Assembly (NCBI GenBank): GCA_036308515.1
Contig: JAXJVM010000119.1
Location: 1 to 41,403 of the forward strand
Origin: Clostridia bacterium
GTDB taxonomy: Bacteria; Bacillota; Clostridia; Monoglobales; Monoglobaceae
Direction of reading: 5' to 3'
DNA: 41,403 bases
Numbering within the stretch: position 1 is the first letter of the stretch; every line of letters starts with the position of its first letter. The notes under the pieces were generated by a model, which was given only the letters and a program-made list of their open reading frames with translations, was not told where the DNA came from and did not search any database. Shown piece after piece: positions 18,688-27,653 of this stretch. A program made the translations under genes and the position numbers.

Positions 18688-19587
18688 ATGGAGAAAGAAA
18701 CAGACATTGGAAAAACCATGATTTATTATCAGACAGAACAGCATCCGCTATGCTTTGAAAATGAATTCTTTTCGATGGATATTATTTTCTGTTTTTATTG
18801 CAACAATGACTGGCGCAATGACCCTACATGGTCCCAGCCACGAATGCACAATCATTTTTATTATGAACTACATACTGTGCTCGCCGGCTCCTGCACCTTT
18901 CAAACAGAAAAGGACAACTGTGTTACCGTGAATGAAGGGGAATTTATTGTTTTTCCAGCGAAGCATAAGCACCGAATTAATTCTGAAACAGCACATTTTT
19001 CTAAGATGGTCATAGCCTTTGCACTTGTTCCCAAAAAGACAAAAGCACCCAATTTTTATCGTACTGCTGCCCGGCTTTCACACAAACCCAAAGCTTACAC
19101 CCTTAACAATGCTATGGAATATCTGGCAAACAACATTATCGAAAACGGGCGGGAAAAACAGTATGAATATCTCAATGTGATTTTCTTTTCTATGCTTTCT
19201 TTTATCATTGAAAGCTTGCGGTTGATTGTGGGAAAAAGGAAGATTCTTGCCGTTGATGAGGAAAGCGATGTCAGAATCCAAAAGGCAATTGACTATATCA
19301 AGAGCAATATTTCAAGCGCCATTTCTGTCACAGATGTTGCCCGGGATTTACATACTTCACCCAAGCAGCTTACACGCATTTTTCAGAAAAATTTGGGCAC
19401 AACGCCCGGAGCATATATTAAGAATTACAAAATTACCTGCATCTGCAGTCTGCTCAACACCACTGATTTGTCCATTGACGATATTGCAGAGTTTATGAAT
19501 TTCCCTGATGCAAGCTCCATGATTAAAGCTTTTAAACGAATAAAAGGGGTTACCCCCTTACAATACCGACAAAGTGCTAACGAATAA
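18688..19587 (+). CDS. AraC-family regulator (cupin sensor plus HTH)
   Basis: MHNHFYYELH cupin motif, HKHRI; C-terminal IAEFMNFPDASSMIKAFKRIKGVTPLQYR; AAGGAG RBS before ATG 18688. Confidence 0.92.
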   Translation: MEKETDIGKTMIYYQTEQHPLCFENEFFSMDIIFCFYCNNDWRNDPTWSQPRMHNHFYYELHTVLAGSCTFQTEKDNCVTVNEGEFIVFPAKHKHRINSETAHFSKMVIAFALVPKKTKAPNFYRTAARLSHKPKAYTLNNAMEYLANNIIENGREKQYEYLNVIFFSMLSFIIESLRLIVGKRKILAVDEESDVRIQKAIDYIKSNISSAISVTDVARDLHTSPKQLTRIFQKNLGTTPGAYIKNYKITCICSLLNTTDLSIDDIAEFMNFPDASSMIKAFKRIKGVTPLQYRQSANE

Positions 19588-19622
19588 AAGAGAGAAGAAC
19601 CGCAATGGTTCTTCTCTCTTTT
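19586..19622. terminator. Bidirectional terminator between araC and the FAD oxidoreductase
   Basis: AAAAGAGAGAAGAACC-gcaat-GGTTCTTCTCTCTTTT perfect 16-bp stem. Confidence 0.85.
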
Positions 19623-19715
19623 TGCTTAATAAATTTTTTAGATATGTCCGATATCTACTCTTTTATCCTCCATATCATTGTTAATCAGCGCATCATCAAA
19701 ATGAATCATAACATC

Positions 19716-20897
19716 CTACTTTGCCAGAATCTCCTGCAGCTTTGTAACGTCAATGCTGTAAATTGGCTCAGCACTATCGATTGCCATACTGCAAGCAATC
19801 CCCGCCACCTGACCGGTAATAATTGCCGGAGGAATCACGCGCAGAACATCCCAGGCATAGCCCTCACCGGAGGTACATCTTCCCGCAGTAATCAAATTAG
19901 GAAATCCGGTTTTTATCATGGTTCTGTATGGAATTTCGTAAAGATAATCTCTTTGCTCAAAATCACTGATTGCACCAACAGAATCCTCAAAATGCTTATA
20001 GACATCTTCGGTGGTGAGGGTGTAATCCCCATCGATACGTCTTGTGGTTCTGAACTGCGGCATGGTAGGAATTTGATAAATTTCCCGTTTCTTTCTGTCA
20101 TCATTTTTGATGTCTTTCAACAGAGCAAGGTGACACTCGGTGACATAGTCGGTAATATCCTGTGCGTTGGTACCCTTCCAGAAAGGCTTGCCTTCGGGAT
20201 GTCCATGTCCGTACAGGTCGGCATTTGCCCCAATAAAACGTTTTGCAAGCTTTGCCATGTTTTGAGTTTTTACAACCTCTTCGCAGGTTTCCGCCGTAGC
20301 ACCGTAGGCATAAAACGTATGGAAGTTATTTCCTTGCACCGTGGGCACGCCGCTTCGGTATAGGATATCCGCATCGCCGGTGGTATCAACAACCATCTTT
20401 GCAGTATACATCTCTCTGCCGCCTTTGTTTTCCACCACTAAGCCAACGCATCTGTTCTCTTCCATCACCGGCTTTGAGATTACTGTGTCAAAAAGGACAT
20501 CTACACCTTCATTTTTGATAAATTCTGTTAATGCCATGATGAAAATGGGCACAGAATATTTGGTGACATAACGTTGCTTGGTATCTTTAGGGGGATTTTT
20601 GTCAACCCAGTCAGAGGGGACAGTATCAAAGCCATACTTGATGGACAGGTCAAACAGCTCCTGGGCCATTCCCTTGATAATCTGGGTACCCCTGCCGTTA
20701 CACAAAGGAACAAACAGATTAACAAGTCCAATGGTCGCCAAGCCCCCCAGGGTAATGGTTTTTTCTATCAGCAGCACGGACTTTCCCATCCGTTTCGCAG
20801 AAACCGCCGCCGCAACACCAGCAACACCGCCGCCTGCCACAATCACATCGTAATCGCCTTTTACCTCAATTTCTTCTACCAGTTTATAGTTGCTCAT
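19716..20897 (-). CDS. FAD-dependent oxidoreductase (FAD_oxidored-like); frame continues 25 codons past TAG to TAA at 19638
   Basis: YDVIVAGGGVAGVAAA, LGGLATIG, VDTTGDAD, YEIPYRTM, NLITAGRC, RVIPPAIITGQVAG. Confidence 0.88.
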   Translation of the reverse strand: MSNYKLVEEIEVKGDYDVIVAGGGVAGVAAAVSAKRMGKSVLLIEKTITLGGLATIGLVNLFVPLCNGRGTQIIKGMAQELFDLSIKYGFDTVPSDWVDKNPPKDTKQRYVTKYSVPIFIMALTEFIKNEGVDVLFDTVISKPVMEENRCVGLVVENKGGREMYTAKMVVDTTGDADILYRSGVPTVQGNNFHTFYAYGATAETCEEVVKTQNMAKLAKRFIGANADLYGHGHPEGKPFWKGTNAQDITDYVTECHLALLKDIKNDDRKKREIYQIPTMPQFRTTRRIDGDYTLTTEDVYKHFEDSVGAISDFEQRDYLYEIPYRTMIKTGFPNLITAGRCTSGEGYAWDVLRVIPPAIITGQVAGIACSMAIDSAEPIYSIDVTKLQEILAK

Positions 20898-20955
20898 GTC
20901 AATCCAACCTAAAGCTAAATTTCAAGTTTTTACGCAACCCTTTCTGAGCATTCCA

Positions 20956-22554
20956 TTATCGAGCCAGATATCTCTTATAGGCTGCATTTTGTGCTTCCAT
21001 TGCCTCATCAACGCCCATTTTCTGTATTTCGGCAATCACGTTATCCCAATTGTCAATGCTGCTTCTTCCGGTAACAACTTTATTTGCTTCTTCCAGCATA
21101 AAGGTTTCAACTTTACTCATGATATTTGTATAAGTACTATTTTCTTCTGCCGTCAAAGAAATCTGCGGCACAATACCATCCAGGTTAGGCTCATCCTTGT
21201 GCCAAGCCTCTACTGCCTGGATTCCCCAAGGCGCAAGAGTCTGTTTGTAATATTGCCAAGTCATAACCATCGGGAATGAACTATCCCGAACACCGCAGGT
21301 CAGTGCAACCATATTTGCGGTGGTTTTTCCATTGTCAGGATTGTTGATATAGTCGGTAAATACAGGCTTTCCCTCTACCATCTCGTAGCTTAGGCCTTCC
21401 TTACCATAGTTTGCATACATCAAACCTTCGCCACCATAAAGTTCATCCAGCCACTTTAAGGTACCAGCTACGTTTTCATTGTTACAGGTAACGGCAAAGG
21501 CCTCGGTCTTATTCACCCGATATGCATAACTGGAGTTAAAGCAATAATTATCGCTGCCATCTGCCGCCAGGAAGCCAATGCCCTTCACTTCACGGGTACC
21601 GTCATTCATGGTAGGATAATAGGTGGTGGGCTGATATCCAAATGCAAAACCCATAGTGTCACTGGTGAACTTTGCATCCACCTTAGCTCTGGTATCCAGC
21701 AAATAGTCCGGGTCAATCAGGCCTTCGCTATAAAGCTGTGCAATATATGCCATACCCTTTTTAAATTCCTCAGTCATAGGTCCATAAACGACCTCTCCAT
21801 TCTTCACTTGAAAATCCCAATGGGCACCAAACATCCACAGCAGCGGTCCAATACCATTGACATGATTAAACGTTGTTCCGCCCATAGGCATCTCGTCCGC
21901 AGCACCGTTACCATTGGGGTCCTGGGTCTTAAACTCCTTTAATACTTCATAGAGATCCTCAGGGGACTTAGGTGCGTCCAAGCCCAGTTTGTCCAGCCAA
22001 TCCTGACGGATAACCGGTCCCTGGAATCTACCAAGCTCCGAATCCAAACGAATACCGGGAATCGTATAAATCTTTCCTTCATCATTGACCACATCGCGCT
22101 TGAACTCCGGATGCTCCTCCAAAATCTTAGAGAAGTTCGGCATACATTCTTCGATGTAAGGGGTCAGGTCTACGATAACACCATCCTCCACATAGGTTTC
22201 CAGACCACCGGGTGCATTTGCCCAGTCATAGCAAATTACCTCAGGATATTCTCCGGATACCATCATCATATTAAAGCGCTCTGTCGCCGCGCTGCCTGCC
22301 GGATGAATCCATTCAACATGGCAGCCCGTTTTTTCCTCTAGTAACTGGAAGGTCAAAACATCATTATAGGTAGTGCCGCCGGCAGCAGAAACCGTTCCGC
22401 CCAGCCTACTAAAAATAGTAAGTGTTTCCGGAATCTCTCCGCCGAGATCCACATCCGCATTCTTTTTCTGCGCAGATCCACAACCACTGCACGCCAGTGC
22501 CAACATACAGAAAGCAAGTATCGTGGCAATTCCTCTGCATTTTCCAACCTTCAT
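20956..22554 (-). CDS. Extracellular solute-binding lipoprotein (carbohydrate ABC family 1, LplA-like)
   Basis: Lipoprotein signal with ..LACSGC; IRQDWLDKLGLDAP, FKTQDPNGNGAADE, LYSEGLIDPD; AAGGAGG RBS. Confidence 0.9.
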   Translation of the reverse strand: MKVGKCRGIATILAFCMLALACSGCGSAQKKNADVDLGGEIPETLTIFSRLGGTVSAAGGTTYNDVLTFQLLEEKTGCHVEWIHPAGSAATERFNMMMVSGEYPEVICYDWANAPGGLETYVEDGVIVDLTPYIEECMPNFSKILEEHPEFKRDVVNDEGKIYTIPGIRLDSELGRFQGPVIRQDWLDKLGLDAPKSPEDLYEVLKEFKTQDPNGNGAADEMPMGGTTFNHVNGIGPLLWMFGAHWDFQVKNGEVVYGPMTEEFKKGMAYIAQLYSEGLIDPDYLLDTRAKVDAKFTSDTMGFAFGYQPTTYYPTMNDGTREVKGIGFLAADGSDNYCFNSSYAYRVNKTEAFAVTCNNENVAGTLKWLDELYGGEGLMYANYGKEGLSYEMVEGKPVFTDYINNPDNGKTTANMVALTCGVRDSSFPMVMTWQYYKQTLAPWGIQAVEAWHKDEPNLDGIVPQISLTAEENSTYTNIMSKVETFMLEEANKVVTGRSSIDNWDNVIAEIQKMGVDEAMEAQNAAYKRYLAR

Positions 22555-22620
22555 TTTCTTTTCCTCCTTGTGGGTAAGATTTTAATGACTTTCTGTGCGA
22601 TATACACAGCCTACTATATT

Positions 22621-22686
22621 ATTATAGTATTCCTGCATAGCATCCGCAAGTCTTCTTTGGGACAAAAAGTTGCCAAAAAGGGACTT
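22621..22686 (-). promoter_or_regulatory. Promoter of the SBP-oxidoreductase operon, paralogous to 18431-18496
   Basis: Minus strand AAGTCC-N15-TTGTCC...TTGCGG-17-TATAAT; 22621-22690 is 51/70 identical to 18431-18500 by hand count, ungapped. Confidence 0.65.
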
Positions 22687-22917
22687 TTTCTTTTCCACAG
22701 GCATTTTATGATATTTTTTCTCAATTGATATTTTAGCTACAATTAATTTTAAATTTATTTATTTTTTTGTTAATTGTTTTCATATTTTTCTTGGTTTATA
22801 TAAAAAGCTTCTTATTTTTTTGCCATAACCCATTTTGCATAGAAAAAAACAGAGAGCAAAAAAAAGACATTTGGTTAGATAAAAAATGAGAAGAACCGTC
22901 CATGTTTGTCTTTTTTT

Positions 22918-23625
22918 CTATTTGCCCTGGATTTGGTTGTAAATAGTCAAGTAGACCTGGAAATATCTTCTGCCGAATTCTCTCTGGGATCTTGCGTTAA
23001 AATGAACACAATCCTCGTTACAGGTCAATCCCCGGGCACTGACAAAGCCTGCTTGAGGGATTTCCTCCGACAGGCCTTTCAGGGTTCGGTTAGTCATACG
23101 GAAATACCGAAACCGTCCGTTTTGAAAGCCGTCTACAAACTCACCCAGTTCCCCAATCATCAATGGAATTTCCTCAATAACCAGGTCACGCTTCAAGGTT
23201 TCAAACATATACATAAACTTGTCATGGTACAGGGCAATATTTTCCAAACTGTAGCTATCCTGCTCGCCCTGATGCCATAAAATGCCCGCAAGCTCCGAGC
23301 TGCGCATCGCCAGCCGCGCCTGATTCACCGCATTATCGTAAAAGGGCTCGCCAGGTTGCCACTGGTCCAAACAGGAGCCACCATCAGCACAGGGTATTAA
23401 ACCGACATCCTCCCCAAAGTGTTTTGCATAAGCCTCGGCAAAGCTTACGGCAGGACTAATTCCATGCCGAAAGGATAACTGCCGATCCGGGTTAACAGGA
23501 TCTCCCATAGGCCTCCACATACCGTTTCTAAGCATAAAACAATGTTCGTTGACAATCGGGGGCACTTCGCCGATGATGCCTCGCCCTGCCATGTTAGATT
23601 GTCCCATCATCAAAAAAGATTTCAT
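22918..23625 (-). CDS. SASA/CE6-like carbohydrate O-acetylesterase (SGNH)
   Basis: GQSNMAGRG, CADGGS, ILWHQGEQD, DCVHF motifs; start reset to ATG 23625 (MKSFLMMGQSN). Confidence 0.9.
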   Translation of the reverse strand: MKSFLMMGQSNMAGRGIIGEVPPIVNEHCFMLRNGMWRPMGDPVNPDRQLSFRHGISPAVSFAEAYAKHFGEDVGLIPCADGGSCLDQWQPGEPFYDNAVNQARLAMRSSELAGILWHQGEQDSYSLENIALYHDKFMYMFETLKRDLVIEEIPLMIGELGEFVDGFQNGRFRYFRMTNRTLKGLSEEIPQAGFVSARGLTCNEDCVHFNARSQREFGRRYFQVYLTIYNQIQGK

Positions 23626-23714
23626 AAATTCAACCGCCTTTTTCCGTGTGTGCATGACAAAACATGTAATCAATATGCACAATCTTGCCATACGCCTCAT
23701 TTTGATAAAGCGCA

Positions 23715-23743
23715 ATTATAGCACAAAGGTAAGGGGATGTAAA
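23715..23743 (-). promoter_or_regulatory. SigA-type promoter of the esterase gene
   Basis: Minus strand TTTACA-17-TATAAT with TG extension. Confidence 0.6.
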
Positions 23744-23867
23744 GACTTTTTCAATAGAATTTAATGAATCGTCATCTATTTTTTGCAAGCTCCCACCGCA
23801 TATTTACAGCGAAAAAGCAGACACATCATTTTGAACTTTCTTTTATTATCATAACACTTATGTTTCC

Positions 23868-23904
23868 AAAAAAAAGAACACTATTTGACTAAAATAGTGT
23901 CCTT
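23868..23904 (-). terminator. Terminator after the flavodiiron gene/araC remnant
   Basis: Minus strand AAGGACACTATTT-N5-AAATAGTGTTCTT followed by a T run. Confidence 0.7.
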
Positions 23905-23921
23905 ATTTGCAATCTTAATTT

Positions 23922-24301
23922 TTAACCTTCCATGTCGCGGTACTTCTTTGGTGAAACGCCAAACTGTTTTCGAAACAAACGTGGTTCATCAACTGTAAAA
24001 ACAACAACCCCATGGTGGTCTGATTGATATTCCGTTTATTCGGCGTTTCATGAATCAGGGTCCAGATGAGGTTTTCCACCAGATTCTGTACCGGCAGCAC
24101 GTCGGCTACCTCAAAATGGAGATATCCGGCAGAGCTGTTCTCTTTCAGGCATTCGATTAAAAACCGGCGGAGCGGTGTTTCCTCCTCGCCCAGCATCTGC
24201 AGGGTACTGTCAAAAAAGGCAGGAAGAATAATAAAATTCACCGCAATATCTTCTTTGCCGGCAGGAAGAATTTCCTGTCTGGCATTCTGGCTTAATAGTG
24301 G
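23922..24301 (-). pseudogene. AraC-family regulator remnant (N-terminus lost, most of the HTH deleted)
   Basis: LLSQNARQEILPAGKEDIAVNFIILP...GLLFLQLMNH starts right after the upstream gene's stop with no start codon or RBS. Near 23981 another frame gives the AraC tail RLFRKQFGVSPKKYRDMEG*. Confidence 0.8.
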
Positions 24302-26092
24302 TTACCCAATGGGTTCAAAATCCGCAGCACCGTGCTTGCACAGAGGGCAGATAAAGTCCTCAGGTAAAACGTCACCTTCATAAATATAGCCGCAAATTTT
24401 GCAAACAAACCCCTTTTTACCCTCAGTCTCAGGCTTGGGCTTGACGTTGTTCTGATAATAGGTATAAGTCATGGTTTCAACGGAAGAAATTACCCTAGAT
24501 TCGGTGATGCTGCAGATGAACATACCATGGGTATCCAAGTCCACATACTGCTCTACCTTTAGAGACATGAAAGCATTGATATACTTGGGCAAAAATGCCA
24601 GACCGTTATCCGAACGCAAGGGCTCTATGCCTGCAAACTTATCTGCACTCCGTCCGCTCTGGAAACCAAAGGTTTCAAAAACAGGAAACGGGGCGTCCTG
24701 GGTGAGACAGTTCACATTCATGATACCGGTTTGCTTGATAACATGGTGGGAATAATTCTCTTTATTGATGGTGACCGCAATCCGATTGGGGGCATTGGTC
24801 ACCTGCGCAACGGTATTGACAATTAGTCCGTTATCCTTCTTTCCATCGTTAGAGGTCACCACATACAGACCGTAGCCAATGCGGAACAGTGCAGATAAAT
24901 CCTGCTTGTTCGCCGTCTCACTTTGCTGGGCAAGGTAGTCTGTGCAAAGAGCTTCCGCTAGTGCCTCTACCTGCGCGGTGCTTTCTTCGTTCAGGGCAGA
25001 TTTAATCTGTACTACCGGTTCTGCGAAGGTAAGCTTTTTGCTTCCCTCCAGCATTCCTTTCATGGTTTTAGCCGCCAGAGGTGCCCATGAGCCGTTTTCT
25101 ATCAAGCCCACGGTGCGGTTTTGGAAGTTCCTCTCGGTCAGATGATGAATGAACTCCTTCATAAAGGGGAATACATCGGCATTATAGGTCGTGGTTGCCA
25201 GCACCAGCTTGTTATAACGAAAAGCATCCTCTACCGCCTTTGCCATATCACACCGTGCAAGGTCATTGACCACCACCTTGGGGCAGCCTTTGGCACGAAG
25301 CTTGTCTGCCAATAATTCAACCGCCTTTTTGGTGTTACCATAAATCGAGGTATAAGCAATCACAATGCCCTCGGTCTCCGCCTCATAAGAGGACCAGGTA
25401 TTGTATAAATCCAGATAATAGCCCAGATTTTCCGTTAAAACAGGGCCATGGAGCGGACAGATGATCTGAATGTCTAAGCCTGCCGCTTTTTTCAGCAGGT
25501 TCTGCACCTGTGCACCGTATTTACCCACGATGCCGATATAGTATCTGCGTGCTTCACCTGCCCAGTCCTCTTCCACATCAAGGGCACCAAACTTCCCAAA
25601 GCCGTCGGCAGAAAACAGTACCTTGTCAAAACTGTCATAAGTCACAATGACCTCCGGCCAGTGAACCATAGGCGCAGTGACAAAGGTGAGGGTATGCTTG
25701 CCTAGGGTAAGAGTATCGCCCTCGCCTACAACCATTTGATTATCCTTAAAATCCGTACCGAAGAACTGTCCCATCATTGCAAACGCCTTTGCACTTGCCA
25801 CAATTTTAGTACCGGGATATACCTGCATAAAGGTCATGATATTGGCAGAATGATCCGGCTCCATATGCTGAACAATCAGATAATCCGGCGTTCTTTTACC
25901 CAGGGTATCCTGGATATTATCCAGCCACTCATGGGTAAAACGTCCGTCCACCGTATCCATAATTGCAATTTTTTCATCTATGATTGCATAGGAATTGTAT
26001 GCCATTCCGTTGGGCACCACATACTGTCCTTCAAACAAATCCACATCATGGTCATTAACCCCGATGTAGCGAATATCTTCTGTAATTTTCAT
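24302..26092 (-). CDS. Flavodiiron protein (FprA-type) fused to flavin reductase and rubredoxin domains
   Basis: HMEPDH, HWPE, SADGFG, CPLHGP diiron ligands; YTSIYGNT flavodoxin; IGYGLYVVT...FGFQSGR...THGMF flavin reductase; CKICGYIY...CPLCKH rubredoxin. Start 26092 by AAGGAG RBS. Confidence 0.93.
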   Translation of the reverse strand: MKITEDIRYIGVNDHDVDLFEGQYVVPNGMAYNSYAIIDEKIAIMDTVDGRFTHEWLDNIQDTLGKRTPDYLIVQHMEPDHSANIMTFMQVYPGTKIVASAKAFAMMGQFFGTDFKDNQMVVGEGDTLTLGKHTLTFVTAPMVHWPEVIVTYDSFDKVLFSADGFGKFGALDVEEDWAGEARRYYIGIVGKYGAQVQNLLKKAAGLDIQIICPLHGPVLTENLGYYLDLYNTWSSYEAETEGIVIAYTSIYGNTKKAVELLADKLRAKGCPKVVVNDLARCDMAKAVEDAFRYNKLVLATTTYNADVFPFMKEFIHHLTERNFQNRTVGLIENGSWAPLAAKTMKGMLEGSKKLTFAEPVVQIKSALNEESTAQVEALAEALCTDYLAQQSETANKQDLSALFRIGYGLYVVTSNDGKKDNGLIVNTVAQVTNAPNRIAVTINKENYSHHVIKQTGIMNVNCLTQDAPFPVFETFGFQSGRSADKFAGIEPLRSDNGLAFLPKYINAFMSLKVEQYVDLDTHGMFICSITESRVISSVETMTYTYYQNNVKPKPETEGKKGFVCKICGYIYEGDVLPEDFICPLCKHGAADFEPIG

Positions 26093-26140
26093 TGTAACCA
26101 CTCCTTATTGTCAGTTCAAGCGCAAAAGCAGCTTGCGTTT

Positions 26141-26169
26141 ATTGTATCACTCTTTTCCCGTGAAATCAA
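26141..26169 (-). promoter_or_regulatory. SigA-type promoter of the flavodiiron gene
   Basis: Minus strand TTGATT-17-TACAAT with TG extension. Confidence 0.6.
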
Positions 26170-26181
26170 CAGGAAATTTGC

Positions 26182-26219
26182 AAAAAAAGCTGCATCGGCA
26201 AAAACCGAAGCAGCTTTTT
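26182..26219 (-). terminator. Terminator after the NSS transporter
   Basis: AAAAAGCTGC.TCGG-loop-CCGA.GCAGCTTTTT inverted repeat with a T run on the minus strand. Confidence 0.75.
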
Positions 26220-26223
26220 CAAC

Positions 26224-27573
26224 TTACAACGTAATAACGCCAAATGCACTCAGCACAGAACTGATTAAAATAGCAAGAATAAAGATTGGTGCAATGTACT
26301 TCACCATGACCACATACATCTTCTTCCTGCGGAACGCAGAGGAAAGCTCTACCTCATCTGCAATTTCCTTAATTCCAAGGAAGTATGCCACAAAGACACA
26401 GGTCAGGAATGCACCAACCGGCATTAAAATAGAATTGGTAATGAAGTCCATAAAGGTCAACAAATCCATGTCAAATACGGCGATGTGACTCCACAAGCCA
26501 AAGCCCAAAGAGGGAACAACCCCCACAATGATACCCCAGAGGAATACCAGAATGGAAGCCTTCATTCTGCTTAGGCGGAACTGGTCACAAACGGTAGATA
26601 CCAGCGCCTCCATAATGGAAATGGACGAGGTCAGTGCCGCAAACAACACCAGCAGGAAGAACACGATACCGACAATTCTGCCAAAGGGCATACTCGCAAA
26701 CACCTGGGGCAGAGTTACGAACATCAGTCCGGGGCCCCCCGAACCTAAGCCCTCAGAACCATTGAACGCCACAACGGCAGGGATCACCATAAATCCTGCC
26801 AAGATGGCAATACCGGTATCAAAAATTTCAATCTGGCTTACAGACTTTTCCAGGTCATCCTGCTTGCGCAGATAGGAACCGTAGGTAATCATAATTCCCA
26901 TGGCCAAGGACATAGAATAGAACATTTGTCCCATTGCCGCAAGTACCATATTGACGCTAAGCTTGCTCAGGTCCGGAATCAAATAATACTTGACACCCTC
27001 CAGTGCTCCAGGCAGACAGACGGAATAAACCGCAATGGCAATGGTCAGCACCACCAGTACAGGCATCATAATCCGGCTTGCCTTTTCGACACCCTTTTCC
27101 ACACCACGGACAACAATCACCCCTGTTGCCGCCATGAAGAGCATCTGCCAGAGAATTGGCTCCAACGGCTTGGAAACGTAACCATTAAAGAACGCACCGC
27201 TGGCTTCTACTGTGGGATTTGTTCCGGTCAGAAAAACCGCAAAATACTTGGTTACCCAGCCGCCAATCACCCCGTAATACGGGAAAATAATCGCTATGAC
27301 AATGACCGCAATCCAACCGATAAACTCCGACTTCTTGTTCAGCGCCGCAAAGGCACCGATGGGACTTTTTCCCGTTTTACGGCCAATGGCGATTTCCGTC
27401 ATCATGATGGTAAAACCAAAGGTCACCACCAGAATCAGGTATGTAATCAAAAACATACCGCCGTATTTTTCCGCCAGATACGGGAATCTCCAGATGTTTC
27501 CAAGTCCGACCGCCGAGCCGGCAGCTGCCAGTACAAAGCCGATTTTGCTTGAAAAATTACCTCTTTCCTGCAT
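26224..27573 (-). CDS. Sodium-dependent amino acid transporter (NSS/SNF family)
   Basis: GFVLAAAGSAVGLGNIWRFPY, QMFYSMSLAMG, TYGSY, GPGLMFVTLP; many TM segments; GGAGG RBS before ATG 27573. Confidence 0.93.
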   Translation of the reverse strand: MQERGNFSSKIGFVLAAAGSAVGLGNIWRFPYLAEKYGGMFLITYLILVVTFGFTIMMTEIAIGRKTGKSPIGAFAALNKKSEFIGWIAVIVIAIIFPYYGVIGGWVTKYFAVFLTGTNPTVEASGAFFNGYVSKPLEPILWQMLFMAATGVIVVRGVEKGVEKASRIMMPVLVVLTIAIAVYSVCLPGALEGVKYYLIPDLSKLSVNMVLAAMGQMFYSMSLAMGIMITYGSYLRKQDDLEKSVSQIEIFDTGIAILAGFMVIPAVVAFNGSEGLGSGGPGLMFVTLPQVFASMPFGRIVGIVFFLLVLFAALTSSISIMEALVSTVCDQFRLSRMKASILVFLWGIIVGVVPSLGFGLWSHIAVFDMDLLTFMDFITNSILMPVGAFLTCVFVAYFLGIKEIADEVELSSAFRRKKMYVVMVKYIAPIFILAILISSVLSAFGVITL

Positions 27574-27653
27574 AATTAACTTCCTCCCAATATGATATTG
27601 CATTTAGTATATCATGTTTCTTGGAATTTGAAAAGAGTTTTTTGAAAAAAGCG

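Noticed and set aside
19716..19718. Genome-wide TAG reassignment
   Set aside because: TAG ends rnfC, rnfD, the decarboxylase and the esterase at expected lengths.
22857..22917. AAAAAAAGACA...TGTCTTTTTTT inverted repeat as a terminator for the esterase
   Set aside because: Low-complexity AT-rich arms with a long loop make it weak; not listed as a feature, though it partly competes with the duplication explanation.
23760..23867. Small ORF (MMCLLFRCKYAVGACKK, minus strand) or sRNA in the intergenic gap
   Set aside because: No convincing RBS or structure; consistent with chance.
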